From positions 120,654,001 to 120,714,000 of the forward strand of contig NC_045696.1 of NCBI RefSeq assembly GCF_009834535.1: DNA of 60,000 nt, written 5' to 3'. The notes below the pieces were generated by a model. The model had not been told where the DNA came from. It worked only from the letters and a program-made list of their open reading frames with translations, and ran no database searches. Shown one piece after another: positions 46,957-60,000 of this stretch; within the stretch, counting starts at the first letter, position 1, and every line of letters starts with the position of its first letter. The DNA is from Camelus ferus (taxonomy: Eukaryota). A program made the translations under genes and the position numbers.

Positions 46957-47504
46957 TTCTCGCCCTTTGCCCGCGTGCAGCAAGGAATCTCTGAGCAGCA
47001 CTCTGAAGGGAAGAGCTCAAGACAGAGCAGACACAGTGGCACCTGGGTCCCCACTGAGTCATTCTGGGGGTATTAATTCCTCCGTGCTCAGGTTCTCCCT
47101 CTGCAAAACAAGGGAACAGGACCTCTCACACCCAGTTATTGAGGGTAAATGACCCCAAGTATATGACATATAATTGAGGACAAGAGATAAAGTAAGTGTG
47201 TGTAGTTCTGGTTTTTGCACATGCTTTTACTTCTTATTTGACCGGCTAGATTGCGAGTTTTTTGAGAGCTGGACGCTTGTCCTCTGTTGCCCTTGCTTCT
47301 CTCACCTCCTCGCTAGGTCCTAGGGAGGTGGTCTGCATAAAGCAGGGCAGGGCAGCCTGCATTCAAACTTTGGTTATTCTGTTAAGATCACTTGTAGTTG
47401 CGGACAGGAAGAACCAACACCTGCTAAGTGAAAGAGGAAATGAACTTGTTAGGGAGACACGTACAGATCAGGGGAGGCAGGCTGGGGCGCTGCCCTGCCA
47501 GTCA

Positions 47505-47742
47505 GGATGGGTGCCCTCGTAAAAGGGACCCGAGAGCTCTCTCGCCCATTTTCCACCACGTGAGAACACAGGAAGGAGGGAGTGGTCTGACACTCAGAGG
47601 AGGGCTCTCACCAGAACCTAGCCAGGCTGGCACCCTGATCCTGGAGCTGCAGCCTCCAGAAATGTGAGAAATAAAAACCTACTGTTTATAAGCCCCTGGT
47701 CTGTGGCTCTGCCCTATAGCAGCCTGAATTGAGTAGGGAACA
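47505..47742 (+). mobile_element. MaLR LTR (MLT1A-like) 3' part
   Basis: CTCTCACCAGAACCTAGCCAGGCTGGCACCCTGATCCTGGAGCTGCAGCCTCCAGAAATGTGAGAAATAAA...CTGTTTATAAGCC. Confidence 0.8.
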
Positions 47743-48049
47743 GCCCCAGGCAGAAGTCTCTGCATGGCTGAGGCCAGATCACTGCCTACACCTAGGCTAT
47801 GAGGAGACAAGGACAGAAAACTTTATTCAGCAATTCTGGCCTCTGGAGTGAGAGCACCACGTCACTCAGTGATGAGGAGCCCTCCAAACAGGAAAGATGT
47901 GGGGGCTGGGGAGCCAGAAAAATGGCTGGCGTCGCCTGCACTGATCATCCACCAGCCTGACCCATGAGTGCGTGGAGAGCGTTTGGGTCACAACGTGGGC
48001 CACCACCACTATGACTCTCAGGTTTGTTGCTTGTCAGGTCAGCGCTGGG

Positions 48050-48570
48050 ATGGATTAAGCCCTCCGAGCTCTGGCCTCGGGTCTCCTACGGCAGATACTC
48101 CAGTGTCCCTCAGGTGCGCGCTCTGTTGTGCCCGCCAGCCTGACTGCCGGCAGCTGGAACATACAGCTTTGGCCAGAGAGCTGTCCTGCAGCTGCTGGGA
48201 CTCATTTTGGCCACAAGTAAGGCCAGCTCAAAGTGCCTGGGTGATGTGTAACCCACAGGGGCATCTGCTAACCTATTATTGATCAGGGGTGAATGTGCAC
48301 ATACCCCGGTTCCCTTGCCCTGTGTCTAGGATCATAATAACATACACGTTTTACATCATTTCCCAAAACTTAACCACTAGTTTGCACATTTTAATTGCAC
48401 TTAATGGTAGCTGTGTGTACAGACTGCCTTCTCCTCCTTAGATTACTATACGCACACACACGCACACACACACACACACTCTTCTGCCCATGGCTCCCAA
48501 CACTGCAAATGAACGGTGTGCACTCAGCCTTCCTCTTAGCTTTGCTTCTGGGAGAAGTCGGAACACAACT
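48050..48570 (+). mobile_element. LTR16-like ERVL LTR relic
   Basis: CTGACTGCCGGCAGCTGGAACATACAGCTTTGGCCAGAGAGCTG...CTCAAAGTGCCTGGG...GCTTTGCTTCTGGGAGAA. Confidence 0.5.
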
Positions 48571-48873
48571 CTCTCGGCCTGAGCGTCGGCACGCTGTTCA
48601 GCAGACACATCAGGGAGGCTGAGATGGCTCTCACCACAAAGCTCTGTGATTGACAGGAACCACAGCAGGTGCCTATGCAGCTGAACAGGAGACTAAGAGA
48701 ATATTATTTCCTTTCTCTATTAAAGAATCAGTATTAAAATTAGAGACTATGTGTTTATACAAAATCTGCCCCTATGATGAAAACACTGATGCTGAGAAGG
48801 GAGGGAGGGAGGAAAAGAAAACAGACGACTATTATTCAGGAGAATCAGAAGAACATAAAGAGGATGGGTCTTG

Positions 48874-49027
48874 AAACAACAAGGACCTACTGTATAGCAC
48901 AGGGAACTATATTCAATGCCTTGTATTGGCCTTTAATGAAAAAAACATGAAAAGGAATTGAATCACTATTCTGTACACCAGAAATTAATACAATATTGTA
49001 AATTGACTACACTTCAATTTTTTTAAA
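48874..49027 (+). mobile_element. 5'-truncated L1 3' UTR insertion
   Basis: Exact 17-bp TSD AAAGAGGATGGGTCTTG at 48857-48873 and 49028-49044. Confidence 0.92.
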
Positions 49028-51364
49028 AAAGAGGATGGGTCTTGGACTTCTGGAAGGTGATGAGGCAGACTGCTTTGAGGCCACAGAGTAAAGAGGAGAG
49101 CTGCCTTTACCCTCCCTATACCCTGGAAAAACGAGATATGAGGAGGACTGTGAACCACCGGGTAATCAAAGCAAAAGCTATTCTGCAGGGCCCTGCGGAA
49201 AGCTATCAGAAGAAGGAAGGTCGGGCCAACTCTCTGTGACTGAATGAGCACAAAGCCATCATGTCCTGAAGCTGAGAGGACTTGCCTGAGGCCTCTGGTA
49301 GCTTCAGGGGCTTCCGTGGCTGCTCTTCTCCCTGGGAACTGGGAGGAGGCAGCTCCTGCTGGACGCTCTTGTGCAAGGAGGAAGGTAACTTGAACATGTA
49401 TTTTCTCTTCTCTGCATCCTGACCATTGAGTTGTGCTGATAAAGATCAGACCATTGTGCTGAAGCACTGAGCTCTTCATGAAATCATAACCCGGCTGCTG
49501 AACTCTAATCCCGTTTCCCTCTTTGCCGGAAAAGGGAAGGATTTTGTTGGCACCTGACTCTGTACAAGTGGGAAGATGGCACATTAGGACTATGTGCTCT
49601 GTGGCCAAAGGTCACTCTGGATACAGGGAGCCAGCTAGGTGATCCTTATGGGGGACCAAGGGGGACCATCCAGAGGAGGGAGAACCCCTGGGGCTGAAGG
49701 CGGGCTGAGACTAGAAGTGGAGGAAGTATGAGGAACTGGCTGGTCGTGGAGATGAAATGCATCAAAACAACAGATGGATTCCAGCTCTCGCCCAAAAAGG
49801 ATTTAAGAAGGGGAAAAAAAAAACCTTGGAATCAAGTTTGGTGAGCGATCCTAAAAGTTGTTGGTGTCCCACCATCCTGCAGAAGGTAAAGTACACGACT
49901 TGGGGCAGCAGAGATAATTCTGTCTGAAACATATTTATTTGTGGACCTAGAAGGGAACAGTGTTATTGTCATCGACTACAAAGAAGATTCTGGACGAGAT
50001 GCAAGGGCTACAGGGCGTCCTCACAATGGCTCCAGGAGCTACGACATGCTGGGCTGACGGCAGGTTGACTTTCCCACTGATAATGCCATGATTCTCTTTT
50101 CTGAAGGTCACAGCTGAGGGCATGTCGGTCCCTTCTTATGGAGCAGAGAGCAGACAGTCCACCTTGAATGCCAAGACGTTCTCATGGTAAGGGAGGTGGT
50201 CCAGGTGGCCCAAGTCATATCAGCTCATCTAAGGTGGCAGGCAGTAAATAGTTCTTTAAAAGAGTACTTATTAGCAACAATCTCAAAGCATGGTTGGTTC
50301 TCCCCCTAGACTGGCCACTGCTCTAATGAAATGCCAGGCATGGTTTCTCCCAAAGTTTAGCTGGAGTGGTTTCACATAATGATTCTGGTCAATACACGCA
50401 CGGGCATGCAAATGCAATGAAAATCACGCCAGGTCATTAATAACTGTAGGCGCTGGCAGGTGACAGACATGAAATAAATGAGTTCCTGCACATTTCTTTA
50501 CTTAATCTTTAAAAAATTAGTTTTGAACTTTCTATGAGTAATATTATACGTCAACATGTGTCTTCTATTTTGAACTTAATGCAGTATTTATAAGAATGTT
50601 ATACTCGTCTGAATGTGCAGTTACTCAATAATTACTCAAAAAACGGTATGTGCTTATATAATGCTGAAGAATTCTTTACTTAATCAACTATTCAAAAGGT
50701 TGAAGAGATGTCAAAATGTTCAAACTATCAAACGTCAATGTCAAAACTCTAATGAAACCTCAGAGGAGAGATTAAATTAGAAACAGACCAAAAAGAACCA
50801 GTGACAAGGAAGAGAGAGAGCACTGAAGGAGAAGATGACTGTGAACCAGGTGAAGTGAGGGCACAGACCCCTCTGAGGGTGCCTACATTCACCACACTCT
50901 CCCACTGCCCAAACTCACGTCCTCTGTCCTGCAGGATGAGGGGACATTAATGGCTTTTCCTGTGGTCCCTCCAGACTTGGTTCTAGACCTTTTTTCCTTC
51001 CTAAATCCCTTTTGGATAAAACTTGGAATCCATCTATGGATAACCAAACTGAATAACCAATAGGCAGTAATCAACACGGTTGCATTAACATTTGGGAACA
51101 GCCCAACTGGGAAGGCGCCAATGAATTTGTTCTCCCTTCCTGGTTCAATTTGATACAAACATCCCTTTCATGCTTAGAATAGGACAGTATCCCATTTCTT
51201 TGGCCTTTTCATAACCATTAACAAAGTATAGGGGAAAAGCCACTTTGACAGAACCATTCTGAAATACAGTTGACCATCGGGCTCATCAAATGTTGTCATG
51301 TAAGAAGAGATTTGTTTGTTAAATTTAGAATTAAGCTTACAGATCTGTAGATAAAATACGTGGA

Positions 51365-51920
51365 TGTATTAGTTTTCTGTTGTTGCATAACAAATTGCCA
51401 CAAACTCAGTGACTTAAAACAAAGTATGTTTCTTATTCCACGATTTCCATGGGTCAGGAGTCCAGGCACAGCTTAACTAGGTCCTCGGCTCTGAATCCCA
51501 CAAGGCTGCACTCAAGGTGCTGGGTGAGGCTGTGATCTCATCTGGAGGCTCAACCAGGGAAGAATCGACTTCCAATCAGATGTTGGCAGAATTCACTTAC
51601 TTGTGGTGGTGAAGGCAGATGGCTCTGGTGTCTTGCTGGCTACTGACTGGAAGACACCCTCAACTCCTAGATGTCACCTGCAGATCTTTGTCATGTGGGT
51701 TTTCCAACATGGTCATTTACTTTGTAAAGCTAAGCAAGGAGAGTCTGCAGAGCGAGTCTGCTCACAAGACAGAGGCTTATATAACATAAGTAGTGATCAT
51801 GAGAGTGACATCTTACTACCTTCACCATATTCTTTTAGTTACAAGCAAATCACTCATTTTCACTCAAGGGGAGAGGATTACACAAGGAGACCTAAATTGT
51901 GGAGGGTCACTGTGTGCACA
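51365..51920 (-). mobile_element. MaLR LTR (MLT1E/F-like)
   Basis: TGTATTAGTTTTCTGTTGTTGCATAACAAATTGCCACAAACTCAGTGACTTAAAACAA...GGGTCAGGAGTCCAGGCACAGCTTAACTAGGTCCTC. Confidence 0.82.
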
Positions 51921-53059
51921 GTAAATACTTCATTTCTCTGGGAAAGGATCCACCTTCTTAGGCATCAATACCTGCAAATACGGTAGCATCAGCAATCAAG
52001 CCATTCTCGGGGTGGCGAGGGGGGGGGGCAACTCAGGAGATGCCAGGTCATCTGGGAGAAGGACTAAAGGGGCTTCCTTCTTCTCCACTCTTGAAAGTGC
52101 ACAATTAGCAGGATCCTTTCTATAAAAGCGAAACTGTTTTTATTGGAGCAGAAAGCAAAACAATCAGATAACTAACTAGGATACATTCATCCATTGGCTT
52201 GTGAGTAACGTAGACTTATTGTGGCATTAACTTCATTTTATTTTTACCTTAATTTTCTTCACAGAACATTTGCTCTGATCTTTTCGTGGAAATTTTCCGT
52301 GTAAGAGCTTCATGACTGGCTTTCTATGGACCCGGCTCCAACCTTGTTTTATCCTTGAAAATATTCTCAAGTGTCAAGTAAACCAACAGTCGGAAGTCGG
52401 GAAAGACTGTAGCCCCAACAATATTGAGATGGCTAATAAAAGGGATTGCTGGCTGAGACTGCCCGCGATTTCTGGATGTTGCCATGGTGTGGCTGTGCTT
52501 CAGTGCTCAGAAATAATGGCACTTTAATCTCAGGTCCACTCATCACCATCTGAGGAGGGAGAAAAAAGCAGAAGATATAAAATACCAAGGAAGGGTGAGT
52601 GTACTGCCTCATTACCCATAAAATATGGTTTTATTTCAACACTGCAATATAATTGTTTTCCTTCTAGTGCTGAGTCATTTAGTCTTATACACTCAAATTT
52701 ACTTTATGGCTTAATGTGAGAAAAACCTCATTTTGCTCTGAAATTCCAGTTTTGGTGACACTGCTTTCTCTATGAATAATAGGTTTCCTTACTCCTTCTG
52801 AAATGCACTTACTGTCTATAACAGAGATTCAGTGGTGTCCTGTGTTCTGCAGGCAGAAATGCATGCAGGGCAGCAGCACACAGCCCACGACGTATTTGCT
52901 AAAATCTGAGCCGGGACCATCCCGAGGGATACAGTGGGTCAGAAGTGTGATAATGAGATACTATTACACACATATGTTTTGCATTTAATTGACCCCTTTG
53001 TAACAGTTGGCACAGTGGACAACCTTTTCCTAAAACAACAAATTTAAAAAATCTCTCTT

Positions 53060-53933
53060 AAATGTAAATCAAAACCACAATGAGGTATCACCTAACACCA
53101 GTCAGGATGGCCGTCATTAAAAAGTCCACAAACAATAAATGCTGGAGATGATGTGGAAAAAAGGGAACCCTCACATACTGTTGGTGGAAATGTAGTCTGG
53201 TGTAGCCACTATGGAAAACAGTATGCAGGTTCCTCAAAACCCTAAAAACAGACTTACCCTATGATCCAGCAATCCCACTCCTGGGCATATATCTGGAGGA
53301 AGCTCTAATTCGAAAAGACACCTGCACCCCAATGTTCTCAGCAGCACTATTTACAGTAGCCAAGACATGGAAGCAACCTAAACGTCCATCAACAGATGAC
53401 TGGATAAAGAAGCTGTGGTATACTTATACAATGGAATACTACTCAGCCATAAAATAGAATAAAATAGTGCCATTTACAGCAACATGTATGGACCTGGAGA
53501 TTGTCATACTAAGTGAAGTAAGCCAGAAAGAGAGAGAAAAATACCATATGATATCATTTATATGTGGAATCTAAAAAAAAAAAAAAAAAAGGACACAAAT
53601 GAACTTATTAACAAAAAGAAACAGACTCACAGACAGAAAACAAACTTATAGTTACCAGATGGGGAAGGGGGTTGGTGAGTGATAAATTGGGAGTTCTAGA
53701 TTTATAGATATTAATTACTATATATAAAATAGATAAACAACAAGGTCCTACTGTACAGCACTGGAAACTATATTCAATACCTTGCCATAGCCTATAATGA
53801 AAAAGAATATGAAAAGGAATATATACATATATATGCGTAAATGAATAACTATGCTGTATACCAGTAATTAACACAAAATTGTAAATCAACTATACTTCAA
53901 TAAAAATAAATAGATAAATAAATATTGTTTTAG
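53060..53933 (+). mobile_element. 5'-truncated L1 (ORF2 C-terminus and 3' UTR)
   Basis: Similar to 25025-25530 in ORF2; TSD AAATCTCTCTT at 53049-53059 and 53934-53944. Confidence 0.92.
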
Positions 53934-54489
53934 AAATCTCTCTTTTATTCTGGAACCCCACGCCGCCGACCCCATCCTGTTGCACTTAACGGTACCCTCT
54001 GCTTTTAAATCTACCTCTAATCCCTTACATTTTTTTCAGGTTGTATCTATGGTCTTTACAAGCGTTTAAGTCCTGGCTCTGCTACATACAAGCTATGCAA
54101 ACTAGTCCATATGCTTAACCTCAGGGAGCCTCAGTTGCCCCATCTACAAAATGGGACTAATTGAAGCAACCACTTGTTCTGTGGTGATTAAATTGACAAC
54201 ACACCTAAGGCACAGTCCTAGACAGTGTTCAGCCGACAAAAGGCCTCTTGTATCCCCCTCTCTCCACCTGTTACCACCCTCAGAGACCTCATCTCCCCGT
54301 ACCTTTAACAATCACTGCATTTGGGTGATGCCCAAATTGAAATAGCCAACTTTGGCATCTCACCTGGGCATCATTCTTGCATCTTCAAGTTTATGGTGGG
54401 CATTTCTGACAGTTCAGCTGGCCCTCAACAGAAGTGTGCCTGAGATCAATCTTAACATGCTCCTCTTGGAAAAACAAAGAAAACAAACT

Positions 54490-55100
54490 CCAGGAAACAT
54501 TTGGCAGTTCCTTAACAAATTACACATAGAGTTAGCATGTGACCCAACAATTCTACTCTTGGGTATGTATCCAAGTACACTGAAAACATATATCCAAACA
54601 AAAACTGGTCCATGAATATTCAGAGCACTCTTACTCAGGAAAGCCAAAAAATGGAAATAACCCAAATGTCCATCAACTGATGAATGAATAAATAAAACGT
54701 GGCCTGTCCATACGATGGAATAATAAGCATATGAAGGAATGGAATACCGATGCACGGAACAACATGGATGAACCTCAAAAACACGCTAAGTGGAAGAAGC
54801 CAGGCATATGTCCCTGTACTGTATGATTCCATCTACACAAAATATCCAGAATAGGCAAATCCACAGAGACATAAAGTAGACTGCTGGTTGCCAAGGCCTG
54901 GAGGGGTGGGGCATCAGGAGGTGACAGACGGTGGGTGTGAGGTCTCTTTCCCAGTGATGGAAATGTTCTGAATTAGTGCTGACGGCTGCAAGATGCTGTG
55001 AACACGCTGAAAACCACTGAAACGTATACTTTTAAAACATTAAAATAGTGAGCTTTACATTACATGAATTTTCTCTCAATTTTAAAAAAGGAAAGAAAAA
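54490..55100 (+). mobile_element. L1M (L1MB-like) 3' region
   Basis: TTTGGCAGTTCCTTAACAAATTACACATAGAGTTAGCATGTGACCCAACAATTCTACTC...TCCAGAATAGGCAAATCCACAGAGAC. Confidence 0.8.
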
Positions 55101-55181
55101 ACCAACCTCTGTGGACAGGGCAACAGCACTAGACTGTGGAAACAAAGGGGAACTGAGCCAGAGATGCAGAGGAGCTCTAGA

Positions 55182-55800
55182 TGTTTTGTTTTGTTTTTGT
55201 TTTTGTTTTTGTTTTTTTTATTGAAGGGTAGTTGATTTATAACGTTGTGTTAGTTTCTGGTGTGCAGCATAGTGATTCAGTTATATGTATGTAGATATAT
55301 ACATTTCTTTTCTTACTCTTTTTCATTACAGGTTTCATGGGATATAATTCCCTTTGCTATATAGTAGGACCTTGTTGTTTATCCATTTTATATATATTCA
55401 TGTGTATCTGCTAATCCTAGACTCCTAATTTATCCCTCTCCCCCTTCCCTGTTGGTAACCATAAATTTGTTTTCTATGTCTGTGTGTCTGTTTTGTAAAT
55501 AAGTTCATTTGTATCATTTTTTTAGATTCCACATATAAGTGATATCATATGATATTTGTCTTTGACTTACTTCACTTAATATGATAATCTCTAGGTCCAT
55601 CCATGTTGCTGCAAATGGCATTATTTCATTCTTTTTTATGGCTGAGTAGTATTCCATTGAATAAACATACTGCATCTTCTTTATCCAGTCATCTGTCTAT
55701 GGACATTTAGGTTGTTTCCATGTCTTGACTTCTAAATAGTGCTGCTGTGAAAAATGGAGGGTATGTATCTTTTAGAGTTTTCTCAGGATATATGTGCCTA
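55182..55800 (-). mobile_element. L1 3' end
   Basis: (GTTTT)n tail, then the reverse complement of the 53280-53900-type sequence. Confidence 0.88.
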
Positions 55801-56746
55801 GCAAGCCCAGGCAATTGCTCATGTCACCAGAACAAGTTTCTGAGGGTATAACCATACCTACTTTCAGGCAGCATTCAGAATCTGACCCCTGAGGCTCAAA
55901 CAAGTGGATCACTTATGCAGCTTTGCTGAAATACATTCAAATCTAGACCTAAAGACTAAAAACAGAGGTGGAGATCAAAGGGTGAAAATAGCCAAAGGAG
56001 GGACTTGAAATGGAGAAGAAGTTCCTCATGGGACACATTGATTATATTCTTTATTACCAGGTCCACCTGGAAGGGCAGTCAGTCCTCTGCTCTGAATCCA
56101 TTTAACATTTCCAATGTACTTTATGTCATTCTCTTTCTCCCTGCTTTTTCCTCTTTAATCCAAAGTTTGAACGTCAAGGCCAACAGGAGTTCTGAAACTT
56201 CACATTTTACAAATAAAGCAAAATCCAGTCCTCACAAGGACTCAGCTTGAAGTCAGTTCTTCGAAGGCAACCTGGGCTGATCATCGATTAAAGGTGATAA
56301 GGACATTTCAGGGAGTTTTCAAGACAGGCTGTATCTGCCTCTATCAACATTTTATTAATCTTCCGGTTTGGGGAAAGTTCCCAAGAATAGGACCTGGGAG
56401 ATAACATTCCCAGTTCCCCGCCTCCAACGGTGGAGCAGATCTGAATAGCCACTCAGTGCAGGAGTCCCTGTGTCCCCACAGATGGCTGCTAGAAAACGAA
56501 CCATGCTTACCAACTCGAGAGAACAGAAAGAAACGGAGCATGGACCTTCATGACTTACCCAGGCCATGGTCAAGTTCTCATGAATGGCCAGATAATCTTG
56601 AGTTAGTTTATTCTTCCCAAGTTCTTCTCTCCCGACTCAATTTTTACAGCAAATAGTGTTTCCAAAAGGGCAGGCACTCTGCTCAGAGCCTCTGCTGTAC
56701 ACACAAGATCTGGGAACCATTGGGGGAAAGCTGAGTCGTCCTCCCT

Positions 56747-57154
56747 TGTGGCCAGTTTGCTGGGGCTACCTCAATGGACTAGCACAAATGGAGTGGCTGA
56801 ACCAGAAACTCACTGTCTGGCAGTTCTGGGGGCCGATGTGCAGAGTCATGGTGTCAGCAGTGATTCCTCCCGAGGGCTGTGAGAGCGGTCTGCTCCAGGA
56901 CTCCCCCGGCTGAGGTCTGGCCATCTTCTCCTGTGTCTTTCTGCATCATCAACCTTCCATGTGGGACTTTGCTTCCAAATTTCCCCGCCTATAAGGCCAC
57001 TCATTGTATTGGATCAGAGCCGGCTCTTAATGATCCCATTTTAACTGGATTACTTCTATAAAGGCCCTGTCTCCAAATACAGTCACGTTCCAACGAACCG
57101 GAGGTTAGGACTCCAGCACATCATTTTTGAGGGGACACAATTCACCCCACAACA
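56747..57154 (-). mobile_element. MaLR LTR (MLT1B/C-like)
   Basis: AAGGCCCTGTCTCCAAATACAGTCACGTTC...GGTTAGGACTCCAGCACATCATTTTTGAGGGGACACAATTCACCCCACAACA. Confidence 0.8.
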
Positions 57155-57890
57155 CAGGACTATGCATCTTAATGAAGAGCTGAGGGAGAGGCCCTTTCCC
57201 TCAACATCTGGGAAATCCTCCGTTGGAGCTGGACCCGGGGGAGTTTGGTTCTGGGCCAACCAGGAAGGACAAGGACTGGAACAATGAGGGTTCAAGAGAA
57301 AGAGTGTGCAGCAAAGAGGGGATAAAAGGCAGTGTGGAATTACCAGAAATTCTGAGGACAAAGCTGCCATCAGAGGGCCTGGAGTCCAGCCAAATTGACT
57401 TACAGAGGCAAAGATCAGAGTCCAAATTCCTGGCATACATTGTAGATACTCAGCAAGAATCTGTTGGAATGAAAAGAAATGCAGAAGGCCCAGCTGGACA
57501 AAAATGCAAGAAAAATGTAAGATGGGATTATATCAACCGGGAAGTCTCACTTGTCAACAACGGAAACTGGCTCTGGCTAATTGAAACAGAAAACAAACTC
57601 ATTAAGAGAATGTTGGGAACGCAAGGAAAAGTCTAAGGGGTGAATAACAGTTTTACTATCTTGCTTTTGGTGGTGGTTTTACAGGCATATACATGTGTCA
57701 AAATTGATCAAATTGTACACTGTAGAATGCATTTTATTGTATGTCAGTTGTACCTCAATAAAACTGTTTTTAAGAAAGGACATCAAAAACTTGTGTACAT
57801 TGATGGTAGGCGTAAATTTGCATAGTCACTTTGGAAGATGACTTGGCAGTGTCTAAGAAAGCTGAATACATATCCTATGACCCATCATTT

Positions 57891-58408
57891 TGATAAAAGA
57901 GATGTTCACCTTCTGAGGTATGGGAAGTCATTCTGGTTTATACATGAGTTAACTTGAATTTTATGCTAAATAAAAGAGCCGTTTGTGGCCTATCCAACAT
58001 ACACTGTACATCTGCTTTAATTATTAAAGACAATGGCACATGGACCAGAAGTAAAGAATGTCCATGTTAAAAATAAAGATTAAATGCCTCTCTTTCCAGG
58101 ACACCAATGCTGGTCCTCCTTTGATGATAAGACTCCCTTCCCAGATGCCAAGGCCACCGTGACTCACCGTGTACCTGATGGTCTGTTAATTTTTTTTTTT
58201 TTTTGAAATGTTGAAGAAATGTATCTATGATTTGTTTAATGCTCTTTGTTCTGACAAGATATAAAACTGCACTGAAAACCCTGCTTCTCCGGAGCATTTT
58301 TTTCTGAGTCATCTGGGGAGCGGGCTTCCAGGCTAGTCCTCAGTTTGGCTCAAATAAAACTCTTTTCTATTCTTATTATTGATTGTCTGTTGATTGTTTT
58401 CATAGATA
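57891..58408 (+). mobile_element. Solo LTR inserted in an old L1M fragment
   Basis: TG start, GATATAAAAC TATA-like motif, AATAAAAC; interrupts the L1M motif TATGACCCA...CCACTCCT. Confidence 0.7.
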
Positions 58409-58550
58409 TTGCCCACTCCTAAGTAACCACCCAGTAGTAATGCACTCAAATCTTCACCAAAAACACATGCAGGAATGTTCATAGCAGCGTGATTCAAATT
58501 GATTAAAAATGGAAAGCGCCTAAATGCCCATCAACAATGGTATAATACCG

Positions 58551-59160
58551 TGCAGAAGGGGTTGACTCTGCAAGCCTGGACCACTGAAACACTGCACATT
58601 CCCAAAGTCTTCAAGACTAGTCCTTGGCTTGGGCCCTGGAAGAAGATCTCTGAGCCCTGGGAATATCCCGCTTGAAAAGAGTGTCTTTGTATGCCTGATG
58701 CCCTGGGCTATGCCGGTTAGTTCAAGCTAATAATGTGACTAATGTGAATGCCTGTTGTACACTGAGCCTCTAGGTCATGACGTTATCAGTTTGACCTATG
58801 GGGGAGGGGTGGGTGGTGGGGACTGAGTAGCTAAAGTCACTGGTGTGGACACTGCATGCCTACAGTGACTGGCCTCCAAAATACCAAAAACTCCCCCCTG
58901 CCCCTCCAGTGACTGGCCTCCAGAAAAACAAAAACTAACCTCCCCCCACCCCACCCCACAAAGGCTTGGATGAGCTTCCCTGATTGGCAACATTTTGCAC
59001 ACGTTGTCACACTTACTGGCTGGGAAGGTAAGCGCTATCCGTGAGACCCCACCGGGACAGGGCAAGCCAGACGCTTACTCCTGGTTTCGTCTGGACGCAG
59101 CCCTGTGCACGTTTTCCCTCTGCTGATTTCCATCTGTATCCTTTACCTGTCATCAGTCTG
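58551..59160 (+). mobile_element. MER21-like LTR
   Basis: CTCTGAGCCCTGGGAATATCCCGCTTGAAAAGAGTGTCTTTGTATGCCTG...GAGCTTCCCTGATTGGCAACATTTTGCACACGTTGTCACAC...CTGATTTCCATCTGTATCCTTT. Confidence 0.7.
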
Positions 59161-59239
59161 GGAGTGTGTCCTGCAAATGATGTTCCTATTTTCATTTTAG
59201 ATCTTTTAAAAGCTATACACGTGCAAGAAAAATTAGAAG

Positions 59240-59500
59240 GGAAATAGTTGGAGGCAAAGAGACAAATTGGGAGGGTTTTCCAGTAACCCACTGAGGTCAG
59301 GGGACCTGAACATGGGTTGTGAAGTAGGGATGGAAGTAGGAGACATTTAGGAACTAAAACTGACAGGACCTGGAGACTGTGAAGGTAAAAAACAGTTCTT
59401 GCTAGAAACTGGTCCATGGAGCCAACAGTCACTGAGTTAAAGGGGAGGACTGTGATTTCATTTTAGACGTTCTGAGCCTGAGGTGCATATAGGCTCTCCA
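59240..59500 (-). mobile_element. L2 relic
   Basis: GGAGGCAAAGAGACAAATTGGGAGG...GAGACATTTAGGAACTAAAACTGACAGGACCTGG...TTCATTTTAGACGTTCTGAGCCTGAGGTGC. Confidence 0.6.
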
Positions 59501-60000
59501 CCGAGACCTGGGACAGGTGTCTGGCAGAGACAGACACAGTTTTGTGAGTCATTAACACTTAATCAGAAGCACGTCCCCAAGTCCTCCAGCCCCTTACCTT
59601 TAATATTCAAAGAAAATGGCCTGAATTCCAACCCAGGCGTGCGAATACAGAAGGTCTCTCCACAAACTTTTCTAGTGCCCATGGGGAGAGAGGTTGGGAC
59701 CCAGACCTGGGAGGGGCTCACAGGCAGCTGATGCTCTTGTCTCTGGGCTGAGGAGGGTCCTGGGGGCTGGGACTCAGACCTCTGAGAGGGGCCGCAAGAC
59801 TGATTCTGAGAAAACTGAGAGCTCGCTTCCACCCGTGCTGTGGAAATAAATGCTCCCGCTGAAGTGCAGCCTGGCGGGAAGGGGTATCGCCGTGCGGAAA
59901 GCAAAATGGAACCGGGAAGGAGCAAGTCCCTTCTTATTCCTTCAGACTCAGTTGCCCTCTGCTGGCAGAGCCCAAGGCGGGGGTAGCTGGCAATGGGATC

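Noticed and set aside
48985..49608. 207-aa minus-strand ORF
   Set aside because: No recognisable domain, a non-ATG start, and it runs into an L1 tail; most likely a chance ORF.
58863..58950. CAGTGACTGGCCTCCA direct repeat as a CRISPR-like repeat-spacer unit
   Set aside because: Only two units, a local tandem duplication within a MER21-like LTR in a mammalian genome.
1..60000. Non-retroviral endogenous viral element, numt or horizontally transferred segment
   Set aside because: No ORF or compositional block resembled viral, mitochondrial or bacterial sequence by eye; a tBLASTx search is needed to exclude highly decayed relics.

Overview
Repeat-rich mammalian genomic DNA, intergenic or deep intronic, very probably from a camelid: two tRNA-derived SINEs have the Vic-1-type tail (...GTACCTCCATTAAAA...CTAATTA(T/C)CTCC). 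I found no host protein-coding gene, rRNA, tRNA gene or CRISPR array. The only recognisable protein sequence is disrupted LINE-1 ORF2. The window holds: a 2.9-kb 5'-truncated L1 (22959-25869); a twin-primed, 5'-inverted L1 (41133-43108); many short L1 3' ends with target-site duplications (TSDs); a degenerate 5.7-kb LTR provirus with a tRNA-Arg-like PBS (29813-35492) inside a dense LTR nest; solo LTRs, MaLRs, hAT MITEs, L2/MIR relics; and a pure (GAA)56 tract. Three items are least explained: a ~340-bp element joining an L1 5' end directly to an L1 3' UTR at a splice-like junction (5773-6117); a TSD-flanked poly(A) retrocopy of non-autonomous sequence (1641-2027); and a diverged ~150-bp duplicated non-coding element with a possibly covarying hairpin (7023-7173 and 8895-9046). 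Repeat family names come from recognition by eye and need Dfam/RepeatMasker confirmation. No new biological system is demonstrated here; these are candidates.
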